This document shows positions 27,663 through 38,600 of a stretch of DNA of 64,000 nucleotides, piece after piece. The notes under the pieces were generated by a model, which was not told where the DNA came from, did no database searches, and worked only from the letters and a program-made list of their open reading frames with translations. Position numbers and translations under genes: made by a program. The DNA comes from an uncultured candidate division Zixibacteria bacterium (GTDB lineage: Bacteria; Zixibacteria; MSB-5A5; GN15; FEB-12). The stretch's first letter is position 1, and each line of letters begins with the position of its first letter. Location of the stretch: assembly GCA_963664195.1 (NCBI GenBank), contig OY760907.1, positions 3,072,001 to 3,136,000 on the forward strand, in the 5' to 3' direction.

Positions 27663-27844
27663 GCAAATCCTCCTATATCGATCAGCTTAGCATGTTCGAA
27701 CCCACAGTATACAGTATGACGAGCCACTTGGCAATCGGTTGCACTACAAATGCATAGGGGATATAGCAGGTCTACTATATACTTGTTCAGGCTGAACGAT
27801 CATCGTGTGTTGGAAGTTCCATGCACTGCTCAGAATGCCTGGGT

Positions 27845-28342
27845 TCAGTCGGCGCTGAAATCGAGGTAGGCGCGGCCCCGGTCGGTGAGTTCGTAGTAGG
27901 TGTGATTGCGATGTTTGATCCACTTGTTGTGGACTATGCCTTTGCGATAACGGATGATAAGCGGGTCGACCCGTTGCAGGAGCAGCATGTCGCGCAGCTT
28001 TCTGTGCCGGTCAAAAACGAGTTGTCTGTCAATGTACAGCATTCGGGCGACTTTCTGGGAATAGTCGACGCCGTACACGAGGTGGTGTCCGAGAATGGCG
28101 AAATCCGTTTCGTCAAGATCGTGGAAGTCATTGTCGGGCGTGAACTTGACTATGGCAATAATGTCTTTCCACTCAAGCTGCACGAGCCGGTTTTGGTCTG
28201 CCTTGGCCAGGTTGGTGCAGTCGGCGCGGTGTACTTTGATTTGATCGTCGAAGGAGCAATACCCTACAATTGCGTCATCCTGACGCGGATTACAGCATTT
28301 TGACGCGGTGTATTTCTCTTTGAGTTTTGGAGTGTCCTGCAT
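27845..28342 (-). CDS. fusion of a RelA/SpoT zinc-finger (RIS) domain and a DUF2250-like winged-helix domain
   Basis: KCCNP...IVGY...VHRADCTNL...RLVQLEW, then YGVDYSQKVAR...HRNHTYYELTDRG. Confidence 0.75.
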   Translation of the reverse strand: MQDTPKLKEKYTASKCCNPRQDDAIVGYCSFDDQIKVHRADCTNLAKADQNRLVQLEWKDIIAIVKFTPDNDFHDLDETDFAILGHHLVYGVDYSQKVARMLYIDRQLVFDRHRKLRDMLLLQRVDPLIIRYRKGIVHNKWIKHRNHTYYELTDRGRAYLDFSAD

Positions 28343-28453
28343 ACTGTTATAGATAACCGCTTCGATGCGTCAGCTCAAACGAAAAATCCGATTGTCGATT
28401 TCCCGCGATTCTATTACAATTCGTCCAACCGTGGACCCAACCAATGGATCAGC

Positions 28454-29644
28454 ATGCCTGAAACCCTGATTTCATCACCGGCCGGTATCATTGCCATGAT
28501 CGGTGCCGTGTGCTCGTTTTTCTTTTTTCTTGAGCGCAAGACCGAATCAAAGATATTCAACTACCTTCCACCGTTGATTTTCATCTACTTGATTCCTGTA
28601 GTGTTGTCCAACACGGGTGTGATTCCAAGCAAATCACCGGTGTACGATTTTATGGGGTCGAGTATTCTGCCGATGTTCCTGGCTATCATGCTGTTGGATG
28701 TAGACCTATTGGCCACGATCCGCGTGATGGGCAAGGGGATATTCGTGATGTTGCTGGGCACTCTTGGAGTTGTGATCGGTGCGCCTATCGGGTTTGCTGT
28801 TGTGAGCAGCGGTCTTGGACCGGAAGCGTGGAAGGGGTTTGGAGCACTTGCGGGAAGCTGGATCGGCGGTACAGGCAATATGCTGGCAGTGGGGCAGATG
28901 GTAGGGTTAAACGAAAGCTCGCTCGAATTCGGCTATGCTGTGATAGCCGACAATGCAGTGTATCTGGTTTGGCTGCCGATTATGCTGGCCTCGAAAAACC
29001 TGTCGAAACGGTTTCACTCCTTCACCGGTGTAACTCAGGATCGTTTGGAGAAGATGGAATCTGCTGCCGCTGAGCTGACGACCGACAAGGGGCCCATGGA
29101 GATGCGGCATTTCTTGTATCTGATCATGTTCGGGTTTGCCGTAACGGCGGTGGCGACCTGGATTTCAGGAATCTGTCCTCCGATCACGACAGCCGACGGT
29201 CAGACAATCGTATCGGCCAACACGTATAAGATACTGCTCGTTACGGCGCTAGGTGTGGCACTATCGTTTACGAAGGCGAGCACTATTCCCGGATCTCATG
29301 CCTTTTCGATGGCGCTTGTGTATCTTTTTGTAGCTCGCATGGGGGCAAAAGCTGACCTGAGCAATCTGGATTCGTTGGTGTTTCTGTTTCTCGGCGGGGC
29401 GTTTATCTGGATATTTATCCACGGCGGTTTTCTGCTGGCCGGGGCGCGGCTGTTCAAGGTTGATGTTCACACGGCTGCGATTGCCTCTGCGGCGAATATA
29501 GGTGGAGCAGCGTCGGCGCCGATTGTTGCGGCTTATCACAAACCGGCGTTAGTACCTGTGGCAGTGTTGATGGCCCTCCTTGGATATGCGATTGGAAACC
29601 CGGCTGCGTATGTGGCGGCGTTGCTGTGCCGATGGGTGGGGTGA
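28454..29644 (+). CDS. DUF819 family membrane protein
   Basis: Multi-pass; LAGSWIGGTGNM; ASAANIGGAASAP; LLGYAIG. Confidence 0.88.
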   Translation: MPETLISSPAGIIAMIGAVCSFFFFLERKTESKIFNYLPPLIFIYLIPVVLSNTGVIPSKSPVYDFMGSSILPMFLAIMLLDVDLLATIRVMGKGIFVMLLGTLGVVIGAPIGFAVVSSGLGPEAWKGFGALAGSWIGGTGNMLAVGQMVGLNESSLEFGYAVIADNAVYLVWLPIMLASKNLSKRFHSFTGVTQDRLEKMESAAAELTTDKGPMEMRHFLYLIMFGFAVTAVATWISGICPPITTADGQTIVSANTYKILLVTALGVALSFTKASTIPGSHAFSMALVYLFVARMGAKADLSNLDSLVFLFLGGAFIWIFIHGGFLLAGARLFKVDVHTAAIASAANIGGAASAPIVAAYHKPALVPVAVLMALLGYAIGNPAAYVAALLCRWVG

Positions 29645-29655
29645 CGAGGAGAGAG

Positions 29656-30324
29656 CTAGGCTTCTTCCACCGCGCCTCGCATAAGCACAAACCGGACGCC
29701 GTAGAGTCGGGTTCGTGTGAGACCCTCGGTCCTCTTCTCATACAGAAACAGATCTTGCCCATAGGTTCCTGTAACGAGGGGAATAATCATCCGTCCACCC
29801 AAAGCCAGTTGGTTGGAGAGTTCGTCGGGTAAGAAGGGAGCGGCGGCGGTGACGAGGATGCCGTCGTAAGGCGCATGCCTGGCCCAGCCGAAAGCGCCGT
29901 CGCCGCACCTGGTGTGGATGTTCCTATATCCCAGTGCCTCGAGCCGCTTCACCGCCTTCTGTTGGAGAGACTCCAGGCATTCAATTGTATATACCTCGGA
30001 CGCGATTTCTGCCAACACAGCCGTTTGGTATCCACAGCCGGTGCCGATTTCCAGAACCCGGGAGTTGTTGCTCAATCGCAACTCCTGAGTCATGGAGGCC
30101 ACCACATAGGGTTGAGAGATCGTTTGTCCTCGTCCGATAGAGACGGGATGGTCTTCGTATGCCTGGTGGACATCAGCGGCAACAACAAACTTATGGCGAG
30201 GCACTTTGCGCATGGCGGCCAGTACGGCCTCGTCTGTTATACCGCGCTCAAGCAACTGGCATTTGACCATCTGCAAGCGCCTGTCCTTAAGATCGGACTC
30301 TGTTGGAAACTTTCTATTGCTCAT
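29656..30324 (-). CDS. pcm: protein-L-isoaspartate O-methyltransferase
   Basis: VPRHKF, GQTISQPY, VLEIGTGCGYQTA, APYDGILVTAA. Confidence 0.96.
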   Translation of the reverse strand: MSNRKFPTESDLKDRRLQMVKCQLLERGITDEAVLAAMRKVPRHKFVVAADVHQAYEDHPVSIGRGQTISQPYVVASMTQELRLSNNSRVLEIGTGCGYQTAVLAEIASEVYTIECLESLQQKAVKRLEALGYRNIHTRCGDGAFGWARHAPYDGILVTAAAPFLPDELSNQLALGGRMIIPLVTGTYGQDLFLYEKRTEGLTRTRLYGVRFVLMRGAVEEA

Positions 30325-30407
30325 TGCTATTTATTATACTGACCAACAATGCCGGACTGAAGTAGAAATAGACGGGCGGGGCAGATCCGCCGAAGGAGAC
30401 AAACTTG

Positions 30408-30884
30408 ATGGCAAAGCGATATTGGCTGTTCAAGTCAGAGCCAACAACGTATTCCGTGAAGGACCTTGCGTCGAAGCCGGGGCAGACTGATTGCTGGGAG
30501 GGCGTGCGCAACTACCAGGCCCGAAACATGCTTCGGGATGACGTTCAGAAGGGCGACGAAGTGCTGTTCTACCACAGCAAAACGAAGGTGCCGGGGATAG
30601 TCGGGATTTGTACGGTGGTGAGATCCGGTTATCCGGATCACGTGGCATTTGATCCTGACAGCAAGTATTTCGATCCGAAGTCCTCGCCGGATAATCCCCG
30701 GTGGTTCATGGTTGACGTGAAGCTGAAGAAGAAACTGGCTGAAATCATTCCGCTGGCCGACCTCAAACGGATGCCGGGCCTGGAGAACATGGCGGTGACA
30801 CAGAAAGGCTCCAGATTGTCGATTCAGCCGGTGACACCGGACGAGTGGAAGGTTATCATGTCGCGGGTGAAGGGGATGAAATAG
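30408..30884 (+). CDS. EVE domain protein
   Basis: YWLFKSEP, WEGVRNYQARN, FYHS, RLSIQPV; AAGGAG RBS. Confidence 0.95.
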   Translation: MAKRYWLFKSEPTTYSVKDLASKPGQTDCWEGVRNYQARNMLRDDVQKGDEVLFYHSKTKVPGIVGICTVVRSGYPDHVAFDPDSKYFDPKSSPDNPRWFMVDVKLKKKLAEIIPLADLKRMPGLENMAVTQKGSRLSIQPVTPDEWKVIMSRVKGMK

Positions 30885-30890
30885 ACTGCG

Positions 30891-33494
30891 CTATCTGACG
30901 AGGAGCATTTTGCGACCCTGCGAATGCCGGTCAGTCTTCAAGATGTAAAAATAGATGCCACTTGCTGCTTGCTGTCCTGCGTTATCATCTCCAAGCCAGA
31001 TGACTGTGTGGTCTCCGGCGCGCTGGAATTCATTCAACAACGTGCGAACAGTTTGTCCGAGGGAGTTGTACACGGTCATCTCGACTTGTGAGGCACGGGG
31101 GAGACTGTATGCAATCACCGTTTCCGGATTGAACGGGTTGGGATAGTTTTGTGACAGGCTGAATTCAGTTGGCAGTCCCTCCGGCGAGTCGCCCACTGTC
31201 GAGACGGGGTCAACAATCATGTTAAGTGCGAATTGAGACGTGTTGCCGTCACCGTCAGTGATCGTTGCTGTCACCGAATCGCCCGCGACGACTCCCGTCA
31301 GCGGGACGGCGAACTGACCGCTCATATCCGACAGTCCGGCGCCTACGTGCAATTCGCCCTCACCCTCTCCTGAAGGATCACTTGCCGCGAGGTATATATC
31401 GACTGTGCCGTTGGCGGCACCTGATACTCCGGAGACAAGATTGGCGTGTGCTTCGGCAATGACCGGCGGCCGTATGTCGTTCTGGGCGGAGTCGGCGAGG
31501 GCGATACCGAGGCTGTCGTTTTCGAAAATACTGTTGTAACGAATCAAGTTGTGTTTTGTGGTTGAACCGTGGACAAACACGCCGTTCCAGTCGTTGCCGG
31601 AAATGCCGTTGCCCTCTTCGGGAGAAGTGCCGCCGATGTAGTTGCAGCTGGCACCCGCGAATAGTCCGACGCCGTGGCCGGAGTTGGCCAGCGTGCCCGA
31701 TCCTGCGGCGGTAAGGCCGATGTAGTTGCCGATTATCCGGTTGTATTTTGTGTTGACGCCAACAATGTGTACACCGCGAGCGGTGAAAGCGGTCATGTCT
31801 CCTGAGCCGTTGCCGGATATGACGTTCCGTTCATCTTCGGTAATGCCGCCAATGACGTTGTACTGGGGGCCGCTGCTGATGACTACTCCGGCGCTGCCGT
31901 TGCGGAGGGCGCGGGCACCGTTGATGTCGGGGCCGATGTAGTTACCGCAAACGTGGTTGTAGTCCGTGCCGGGATCGCGAATCAACACACCGCAGCCGTT
32001 GGGAAAAACGTCCGAGCGGTTGCCGGAAATGATATTGCGCTCACCGGCGCTGGAGCCGCCAATCGTGTTAAGTTGAGCGCCGTTGGATAGCACCACACCG
32101 GCACTGTTGGGGGAGGAACTCAGCCCGAGGCCGTTTGTGCCTATGTAGTTCCCGCTGACAATGTTATCTGAAGTTCCCGCTCCAGAGATGTGGATGCCAT
32201 ACCCAATATGGCCTGAAATCGTATTGCGGGAGCTTTCATTGGCTCCACCAATCAGATTGGACGAGGCTCCGTCGTCGATACGAGCGCCGGCGTGGGCGGC
32301 ATCGCCGTTTGAGAAGGTGACGTAGCCCTGATAGTCCAATCCAATGAGGTTGCCGGCGAGCGTGTTTCCGTCGGTTCCTGCGCCTGTAATGTGTACGCCG
32401 TCAGCTTCGTTGGCGGAAATCACATTGCCCGATTCCAGGGATCCGCCGATCATGTTGTCGTGTGCGCCGAGTTCCAGTCTGATGCCACACCCGTGGTTGC
32501 CGAGAGGAAGACGCCCGTCGGGATCCATGCCAATCAGGTTATTGGTTATCGTGTTGTCGCTCACGAGAGGTCCGGAGAGCGTGATGCCGCTGTAGTCGTT
32601 GAGGGAGATGGTGTTGCCATCGCCAGGGTCATCGCCGCCGACTACGTTGTTGCTGGAACCCTCGGCGATAAGAATCCCACCGAGACGGTTGCCGGGGCCG
32701 GTGGCATTACTGGCGTCGATGCCGATGTAGTTACCCTCGATCCGGTTGGCGGACGGACGGTTGGATATCAGCACGCCGTAGCCGGCATTGCCCGAAATGA
32801 TGTTTCTGGTTGACTCGCTACTCCCGCCTATCAGGTTGTCATGAGCGTCGTCGTCAATGCGCACACCGTTCCTGTTGGCATACACGACCGTGCCGTTTCC
32901 GTGAACACCAACAAAGCAGCCGGCGACTACGTTGCCGTGGGCGGATGAACCGGAGATGGCCACACCTGCTGCGTACTGGTTATCCAGCCCGTTGCCAATA
33001 AGAACAACACGCTCAACTTCATTGCCACCACCGACGAGATTACAGGCACCAGTTATGAGGATACCGTCGCCGCGTGATCGCCTCACAGTGACTCCCTGCA
33101 CGACGCAACTGTCGGCGGCGAGAATCATAGTGGCGTCATTGAGTGAATTGTTTACGCCGTCTAATACAGGGTAGGTCGTTTCGCCAAGAACATGAGTCGC
33201 GTTGTCGGAAACGATTACTGAGCCAAGAAGCAAACTGATGGGCGAAACATGCCCCGGGATCAGGATTGTGTCAGGGCCGGGGAGAGCGCTGGCCTCTTCG
33301 ACCGCGGCGCGGAAGGTAGTGAAGGCTGAATCAGGAATCAAGTGATCTGCCGCGACTGAATCGCCGGGATTGATATCGTGGCTGTCAGCGGTTGAATTCA
33401 CTACGAAAGTGGCAGCGCTGAGATTCAGGACGATGAGGCATCCCAGACACAGCAAGGCGAGAGTCAGCTTCGCGAAGGCGTTAAGTACAGTCAT
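30891..33494 (-). CDS. secreted right-handed beta-helix repeat protein (CSLREA-like N-terminus) with YPNPFNP-type CTD
   Basis: ATFVVNSTAD...TFRAAVEEA; about eight N-x-I-S-G-N...GNYIG units; C-terminus QNYPNPFNP...SGIYFY...KMLLVR. Confidence 0.85.
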   Translation of the reverse strand: MTVLNAFAKLTLALLCLGCLIVLNLSAATFVVNSTADSHDINPGDSVAADHLIPDSAFTTFRAAVEEASALPGPDTILIPGHVSPISLLLGSVIVSDNATHVLGETTYPVLDGVNNSLNDATMILAADSCVVQGVTVRRSRGDGILITGACNLVGGGNEVERVVLIGNGLDNQYAAGVAISGSSAHGNVVAGCFVGVHGNGTVVYANRNGVRIDDDAHDNLIGGSSESTRNIISGNAGYGVLISNRPSANRIEGNYIGIDASNATGPGNRLGGILIAEGSSNNVVGGDDPGDGNTISLNDYSGITLSGPLVSDNTITNNLIGMDPDGRLPLGNHGCGIRLELGAHDNMIGGSLESGNVISANEADGVHITGAGTDGNTLAGNLIGLDYQGYVTFSNGDAAHAGARIDDGASSNLIGGANESSRNTISGHIGYGIHISGAGTSDNIVSGNYIGTNGLGLSSSPNSAGVVLSNGAQLNTIGGSSAGERNIISGNRSDVFPNGCGVLIRDPGTDYNHVCGNYIGPDINGARALRNGSAGVVISSGPQYNVIGGITEDERNVISGNGSGDMTAFTARGVHIVGVNTKYNRIIGNYIGLTAAGSGTLANSGHGVGLFAGASCNYIGGTSPEEGNGISGNDWNGVFVHGSTTKHNLIRYNSIFENDSLGIALADSAQNDIRPPVIAEAHANLVSGVSGAANGTVDIYLAASDPSGEGEGELHVGAGLSDMSGQFAVPLTGVVAGDSVTATITDGDGNTSQFALNMIVDPVSTVGDSPEGLPTEFSLSQNYPNPFNPETVIAYSLPRASQVEMTVYNSLGQTVRTLLNEFQRAGDHTVIWLGDDNAGQQAASGIYFYILKTDRHSQGRKMLLVR

Positions 33495-33503
33495 AGTCGG
33501 GCA

Positions 33504-35672
33504 TCACTTGAGTAATATCATTTTTCGTGTTTCAACGGATTGTTCTGTCTCCAGCCGATAGAAATAAGTACCACTGGCTACTTCGTTGCCGTTCCTGTCG
33601 GTTCCGCCCCAGAGCACGGCATGTTCACCTGCACTAGAGCTTGCATCGAGCAGCGAGACAACTTCCTGACCCAGCAGGTTGAAAACACTGAGTTTCACAT
33701 CAGACGCCCGGCTGAGGTTGAAGACAATGGTCGTGGTCGGATTGAACGGGTTGGGATAGTTCTGCCTGAGACTGAAATCTCCAGGGACGAGTAAAAGCGG
33801 TTCATCGTCAATATCGGTTGGCGAGTCAAGTGTGAAATCGTATGGATACAAGTAGACGGCGTTGCCGTCAGAGATAGCAATGTGGTTCGAGGTCGCCGCG
33901 ATCATGCTGCCGCCGTAGCCGCCGAAATCGAGTAGCTGCGGAATATCGTATCTCGTATCGAAAACGCCGATGCCCAGTTCGCCGATTGTGAGAAGGATGT
34001 CGCCGACTACTGTCGACGCCTCCACATCTACCGGAAGCGTACCAAGGAAGTTGACCTTCGGCTGTTCTGTGCCGAGGACGTCGACGCGGTACATATCTCT
34101 AGAGCCAAAGCCGAGGAGTTGGTCGGTGCACAGCACCAGATTGTCGAGTTGATCCGGCGTGGCGATTGTCCAGTGATGGTATGCCTGGAGGTCTTCGTCG
34201 ACGCGGTACCCGTACGCCTGCCAGTTGTCGGTCGAGAACACGAGGAGTGAATCGACAAAAACGACATCGAGAATGTTGCCTATGACGTTGATTCGGTTGC
34301 TCTCGATAATAATCCAGTCGTTTGTCACCGCTGACAACGTAATCTGCGATTGACCGATCGACAAAAGGAGATCGAGCGTATCAGACGGCGTTTGTTCGTA
34401 GAATCGTAGTTCGGTCACGTCATCTCCAATACCGTCATAGGCATGGAGGATCTCAATTGAATCCCGGGTGACAAGCATAGAGATGGCAGTTCCGATCTCA
34501 GGGTAGAACGCCAGTGTTCGCTCGCGAGCGGAGACAATTGAGGTCGCGTTTCGCAATCCCGGCAGTAGATCCTGACGAATAGCCTGACCTGAGGTATCGA
34601 TGAAGTACGACTCCAGCGGATTGTGGACGCCTCCGATCATAAGGACACCGTCTTGAACGTGGAGATCGGTTATTGGCCCAGGTCTCTCGTATGCGGGATG
34701 AGGATTGTCAGGGAGGTGCATTTGATCGATATCGTAGGTTGTCAGCGCCGACTCATCATCCGGAAGCAGCAGCGTGGCCTCTCCTGACGCGTGGTAGGTG
34801 CCGCCATCGGCCATAATGTTCGTAGTGGGGGGCATTGCTACCGACAGGACTTCTCCACTGTTCAGATTGACCCGTTCGACTATGAGATTGGAGGCGTCTG
34901 CGGTCACTATAAACGAGTCGATGGCGAATAGTCCAACCGGGTGTGAGAGAATGCTGATGGTGTCGACTATTGACCCAGTGCCGCCCGAGTAGTCTCCGAT
35001 TAGCAGTTGCTGTCGGTCTTCCAGAGAGACAACCACAGTCGAGTCATGCTTCACAAAAGCACGCGGTTGACTTGGTATTGCCAATAGATCGACAAAGTGT
35101 TCGAGATCGGACGAAGAGAGATCGTATCGAAGGATGCCGTTGTAATCATCCAGCGCATAGAGCGTATCGTTGTCGATATCCATCTGTACACAATGTACGC
35201 CGGCGAGGCTGGAGTCGGCAAAGATCGGGTCGTTGTATCCGGTCATGCGATAATGACGAATGCCGTTGTATCCTGCGGCAACGTAGATGTCCTGCCCGAC
35301 AAGATCGATATCGTTGAATTCAATTCCAAGATCAGCCTGGCCGAGCAGGGATATTGACGGGAGGTTCGAGATGTCGGCGAAATACACCAGTCTTGCCTTG
35401 CTCAGAATAACCGCCACATCGTCGCGAATCTTGATCGTTAGAGGTTCGGTGGACAGCGATAAGTGGCCGGATTGTGTGAGGAGGCCCGTCGCATTGTCAA
35501 GCGTCAACAATGCCACTCCACGGGCCGTGGACGCCAGGGCGAAGCTGTCGATCACACGAACCGAGCCAAACTCGCAGGACAGAAAAGTGTATCCCGGATG
35601 ATCGTAGATCTCAGCAGAGGCCGGAATTGCAAATATGAGCAGGCACAGGGTCAGAAATAGCAATCGAGTCAT
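33504..35672 (-). CDS. secreted beta-propeller-like (LVIVD-like) protein with YPNPFNP-type CTD
   Basis: Signal peptide; YVAAGYNGI-type repeats; QNYPNPFNP...ASGTYFY...KMILLK; ATGA overlap with the upstream S8 gene. Confidence 0.8.
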   Translation of the reverse strand: MTRLLFLTLCLLIFAIPASAEIYDHPGYTFLSCEFGSVRVIDSFALASTARGVALLTLDNATGLLTQSGHLSLSTEPLTIKIRDDVAVILSKARLVYFADISNLPSISLLGQADLGIEFNDIDLVGQDIYVAAGYNGIRHYRMTGYNDPIFADSSLAGVHCVQMDIDNDTLYALDDYNGILRYDLSSSDLEHFVDLLAIPSQPRAFVKHDSTVVVSLEDRQQLLIGDYSGGTGSIVDTISILSHPVGLFAIDSFIVTADASNLIVERVNLNSGEVLSVAMPPTTNIMADGGTYHASGEATLLLPDDESALTTYDIDQMHLPDNPHPAYERPGPITDLHVQDGVLMIGGVHNPLESYFIDTSGQAIRQDLLPGLRNATSIVSARERTLAFYPEIGTAISMLVTRDSIEILHAYDGIGDDVTELRFYEQTPSDTLDLLLSIGQSQITLSAVTNDWIIIESNRINVIGNILDVVFVDSLLVFSTDNWQAYGYRVDEDLQAYHHWTIATPDQLDNLVLCTDQLLGFGSRDMYRVDVLGTEQPKVNFLGTLPVDVEASTVVGDILLTIGELGIGVFDTRYDIPQLLDFGGYGGSMIAATSNHIAISDGNAVYLYPYDFTLDSPTDIDDEPLLLVPGDFSLRQNYPNPFNPTTTIVFNLSRASDVKLSVFNLLGQEVVSLLDASSSAGEHAVLWGGTDRNGNEVASGTYFYRLETEQSVETRKMILLK

Positions 35673-38600
35673 TTTAGTAGTACCATTTTCCTTGTCATCT
35701 CAAAATCGTTGGTCTGAAGCTTATAGAAATAGACACCGGACGCAAAGTCGGCAGCATCGAATTCTGTTGCAAAACTGCCAGCTGGCAGGTCACCGTCGAC
35801 AAGTGTCGCAACCGTTTGTCCGAGAATGTTGACTACCCGAAGAATTACTGTTGAACGGTTCGGAAGGTCGAATCGGATGGTAGTCACCGGGTTGAACGGG
35901 TTGGGATAGTTCTGCTCAAGACGATAATGCGCGGGTAGGTTTGGTGGTGCCACCTCGATTACACCAGTCGGGTCAATTGATGTCGGGATCGTGCAGCTGT
36001 TCGTCGGATCGGCGTAGAGGCGGCCGGTGTTTGCGCCGCCTTCGGCGGAGGCATCGAAATCCCACACGTAGACTTCGGCGGCCTCGCTGACTACAATCAA
36101 CTCGACGAGATTGTCGCCGTCGATGTCGTCGACCAATGCGATTTGCGGCGTCGACGTCACAGCGGAGGCCGGTGCGGGTGTTTTGACCGGCCAGCCCGGT
36201 ATTGGGTTCAGGTCATGGTCGAGCACGTAGATTTCCTCACGGTCCGTGCCGGGGAAGAGGTAGCCGCCGCGAAGAACTACTTCCAGGCGGGAGTCACCGG
36301 TCAGGTTGGCTGCGATTGGAGCGCCGAAAGTCATCGGGACCAGGAATCCTTCGCCGACGGGGCGATCCTCAACTGTGCGATAGGGGGAGCCGTCGGCCTG
36401 AAACACATAGAGCGCGCCAATATCGAATTCGGAGAACGTGCACAGTATTTCCGGGCTGCCGTTCTGATCGAGGTCGGCCACTGTCGGAAATGTGGATGAC
36501 CACCCGTATAGCTCCGGGAAAGTCCTGGGAAAGCCGGGGAAGTCGTCCGTACCGTGGGTCTTCACCCAGAGTGTTTGGACTGCGTTTGTATCGGTACCCA
36601 GCGAAATGATCTCCGGCAGGCTGTCGCCGTCAAGATCGGCAAGTACGGTGCCCCTGGAGTCGGAGGATCGAATCACCAGTTGGTTCGGCATACCAAAGGC
36701 GGGCAGGCCGGTGCGTCCGTCGAATAAGGCCACTCCGGCGGGTGGATTATGGATGGGAGAGAACGTGGCGATGACCTCGGGGACACCGTCGCCGTTGACA
36801 TCCGCAGCCGTGACGTTGTTTCCGCCGTGGAAATACGGGCCAGGTGCCATGCCGTGGCTGAACGCTGCAAACTGCCCCTCAAGCGCTGCGAAATGCGAAG
36901 TGCCATCGAATTCATAGGCGAGTATGACTCCGTTGCCGTTCACGAGCACGATGACCGAGTCGGCAGCGGGATCGAGTGATGTGATGGTCGGAGTCGGATA
37001 GCCTATCCGGGTGCGCATAGTTACACAATTTACAGGCCAACCTTCGGTGCAAGAGCCGTCAGCGTTGAAGACGTGGATGCCGTCTTCGGCGGTGCAGACG
37101 ATTTCTCGTTCACCGTCGTGGTCTATGTCATAGACGGCGGGTACGCACTGGACATCGGTGCCGACCAGAACCGGGAAGCCGCTGCACATCTGACCATCGT
37201 GAGAAAAGACGTCAAGTCCGAACATGGTAGCGACGATGATCTCTTTTTGTCCGTCCCCTTCCAGATCGGCGGTAACTGCCGACACGGGGCCTCGCCCCTC
37301 GATTGTCTGTGGCCAGCCTTCGGCGAAAGCGGATACCAGAGTGAACGAAGAACTGTCCACGAGGCTGTCGGCACCGAAGTACCCGTGCAGGTAGAGCGTG
37401 TAGTCACCGACCTCGATGCCGGAGGCGTTCCAGAGGTAGATGTCGGAATCGAAGGACTCACCAGTGATGTTTTCGAGAAGGACTTTGGGGCCACCGGATA
37501 GGCGATAATACAGGGCGGAGGATTCATAGCCGGCACCGTGGATTGATCCAGCAACAGGAATGTTGTAGTTGTACTGAAGCCCATTGACGGGCGAAGTCAA
37601 TTCTGTTTGTTGAGAGGTAACCAGTGTTGAACTGGTGTATCGTGAGACGTCGTTGTCATCGGTCAGGCGGAGGTGGACGTGACCTTCGATTGCCGAATCG
37701 GAAAACGTGTACAGAAGGGAGTCTGACGGGAGCGATGTTCCTGAAGCAACCGTTTGCCAGTTTCCTGAGTCGGGAGTCCGCGTCCAGGCTAGCTCCCAGC
37801 CACCGCTGTAGCCGGCTATCGGAGCGGCGAGCACGGGTAGAGAATCTTCGAATCGTGCCGCACGGACCGGCTGGACGAAGTAGACGCCTCCGTTCGTTGC
37901 CAGTTCAAGAGCGTTGCGCACGTTGAGCAGTCCCCATCCGCTTATGCCGTCGGGTCCGGGCAGATTGTCGCCGACATCAAATGGGTCGAGCATGTCCACT
38001 GCACCGTGGCGGAGGGTGGATTCCAGCGAATCAAGAGGCAGATCGGGGCGCAACGAGCGGATCATCGCAGCGGCGCCTACCACGAGCGGTGTGGCCATGG
38101 AGGTGCCACTCGCGAGGTAATACAGGGAATCTTCGCCGATGATATGTACCAGTGGTTCATTGATTGATTCGTACATGTCAGTGCCGGCGGCGCGAAGGGA
38201 GAGGATATCCAATCCGGGCGCGACGAGATCAATGTGCTCGCCCCACGTCGAGAAGTACGCCACATGGCCGTCGGAGTTGCTCGCCGCCACTGCAAATGCG
38301 CTGTCGAAGTATGCGGGATACATGATGTGGTTCCCGCCCGTGTTGCCTGCGGCAATGCCGACAAACACGCCGTTGGCGCGGGCAAAATCGAGTGCATCCT
38401 TGAGGACCGCAGGGTAATACGGAGTGCCCCAACTGATGTTGATGGCATCCGCACCCGCGTTGACTGCGTAGATGATGCCGGCCGCCCCAACCTGGGAGGT
38501 CGCATTGGGGCGTATTTTTACGGCCATGATCTCTGCCTGTTGCGTGACTCCCATGATTCCGTGAGCATCTGCCGCTGCCGCGACCAGCCCGGCAATGTGC

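Noticed and set aside
27728..27743. Possible sigma54 promoter TTGGCAATCGGTTGCA
   Set aside because: Spacing is 9 nt and it does not point toward a plausible gene
30408..30884. EVE protein as part of a modification-dependent restriction system
   Set aside because: Stand-alone EVE with no adjacent nuclease or GTPase
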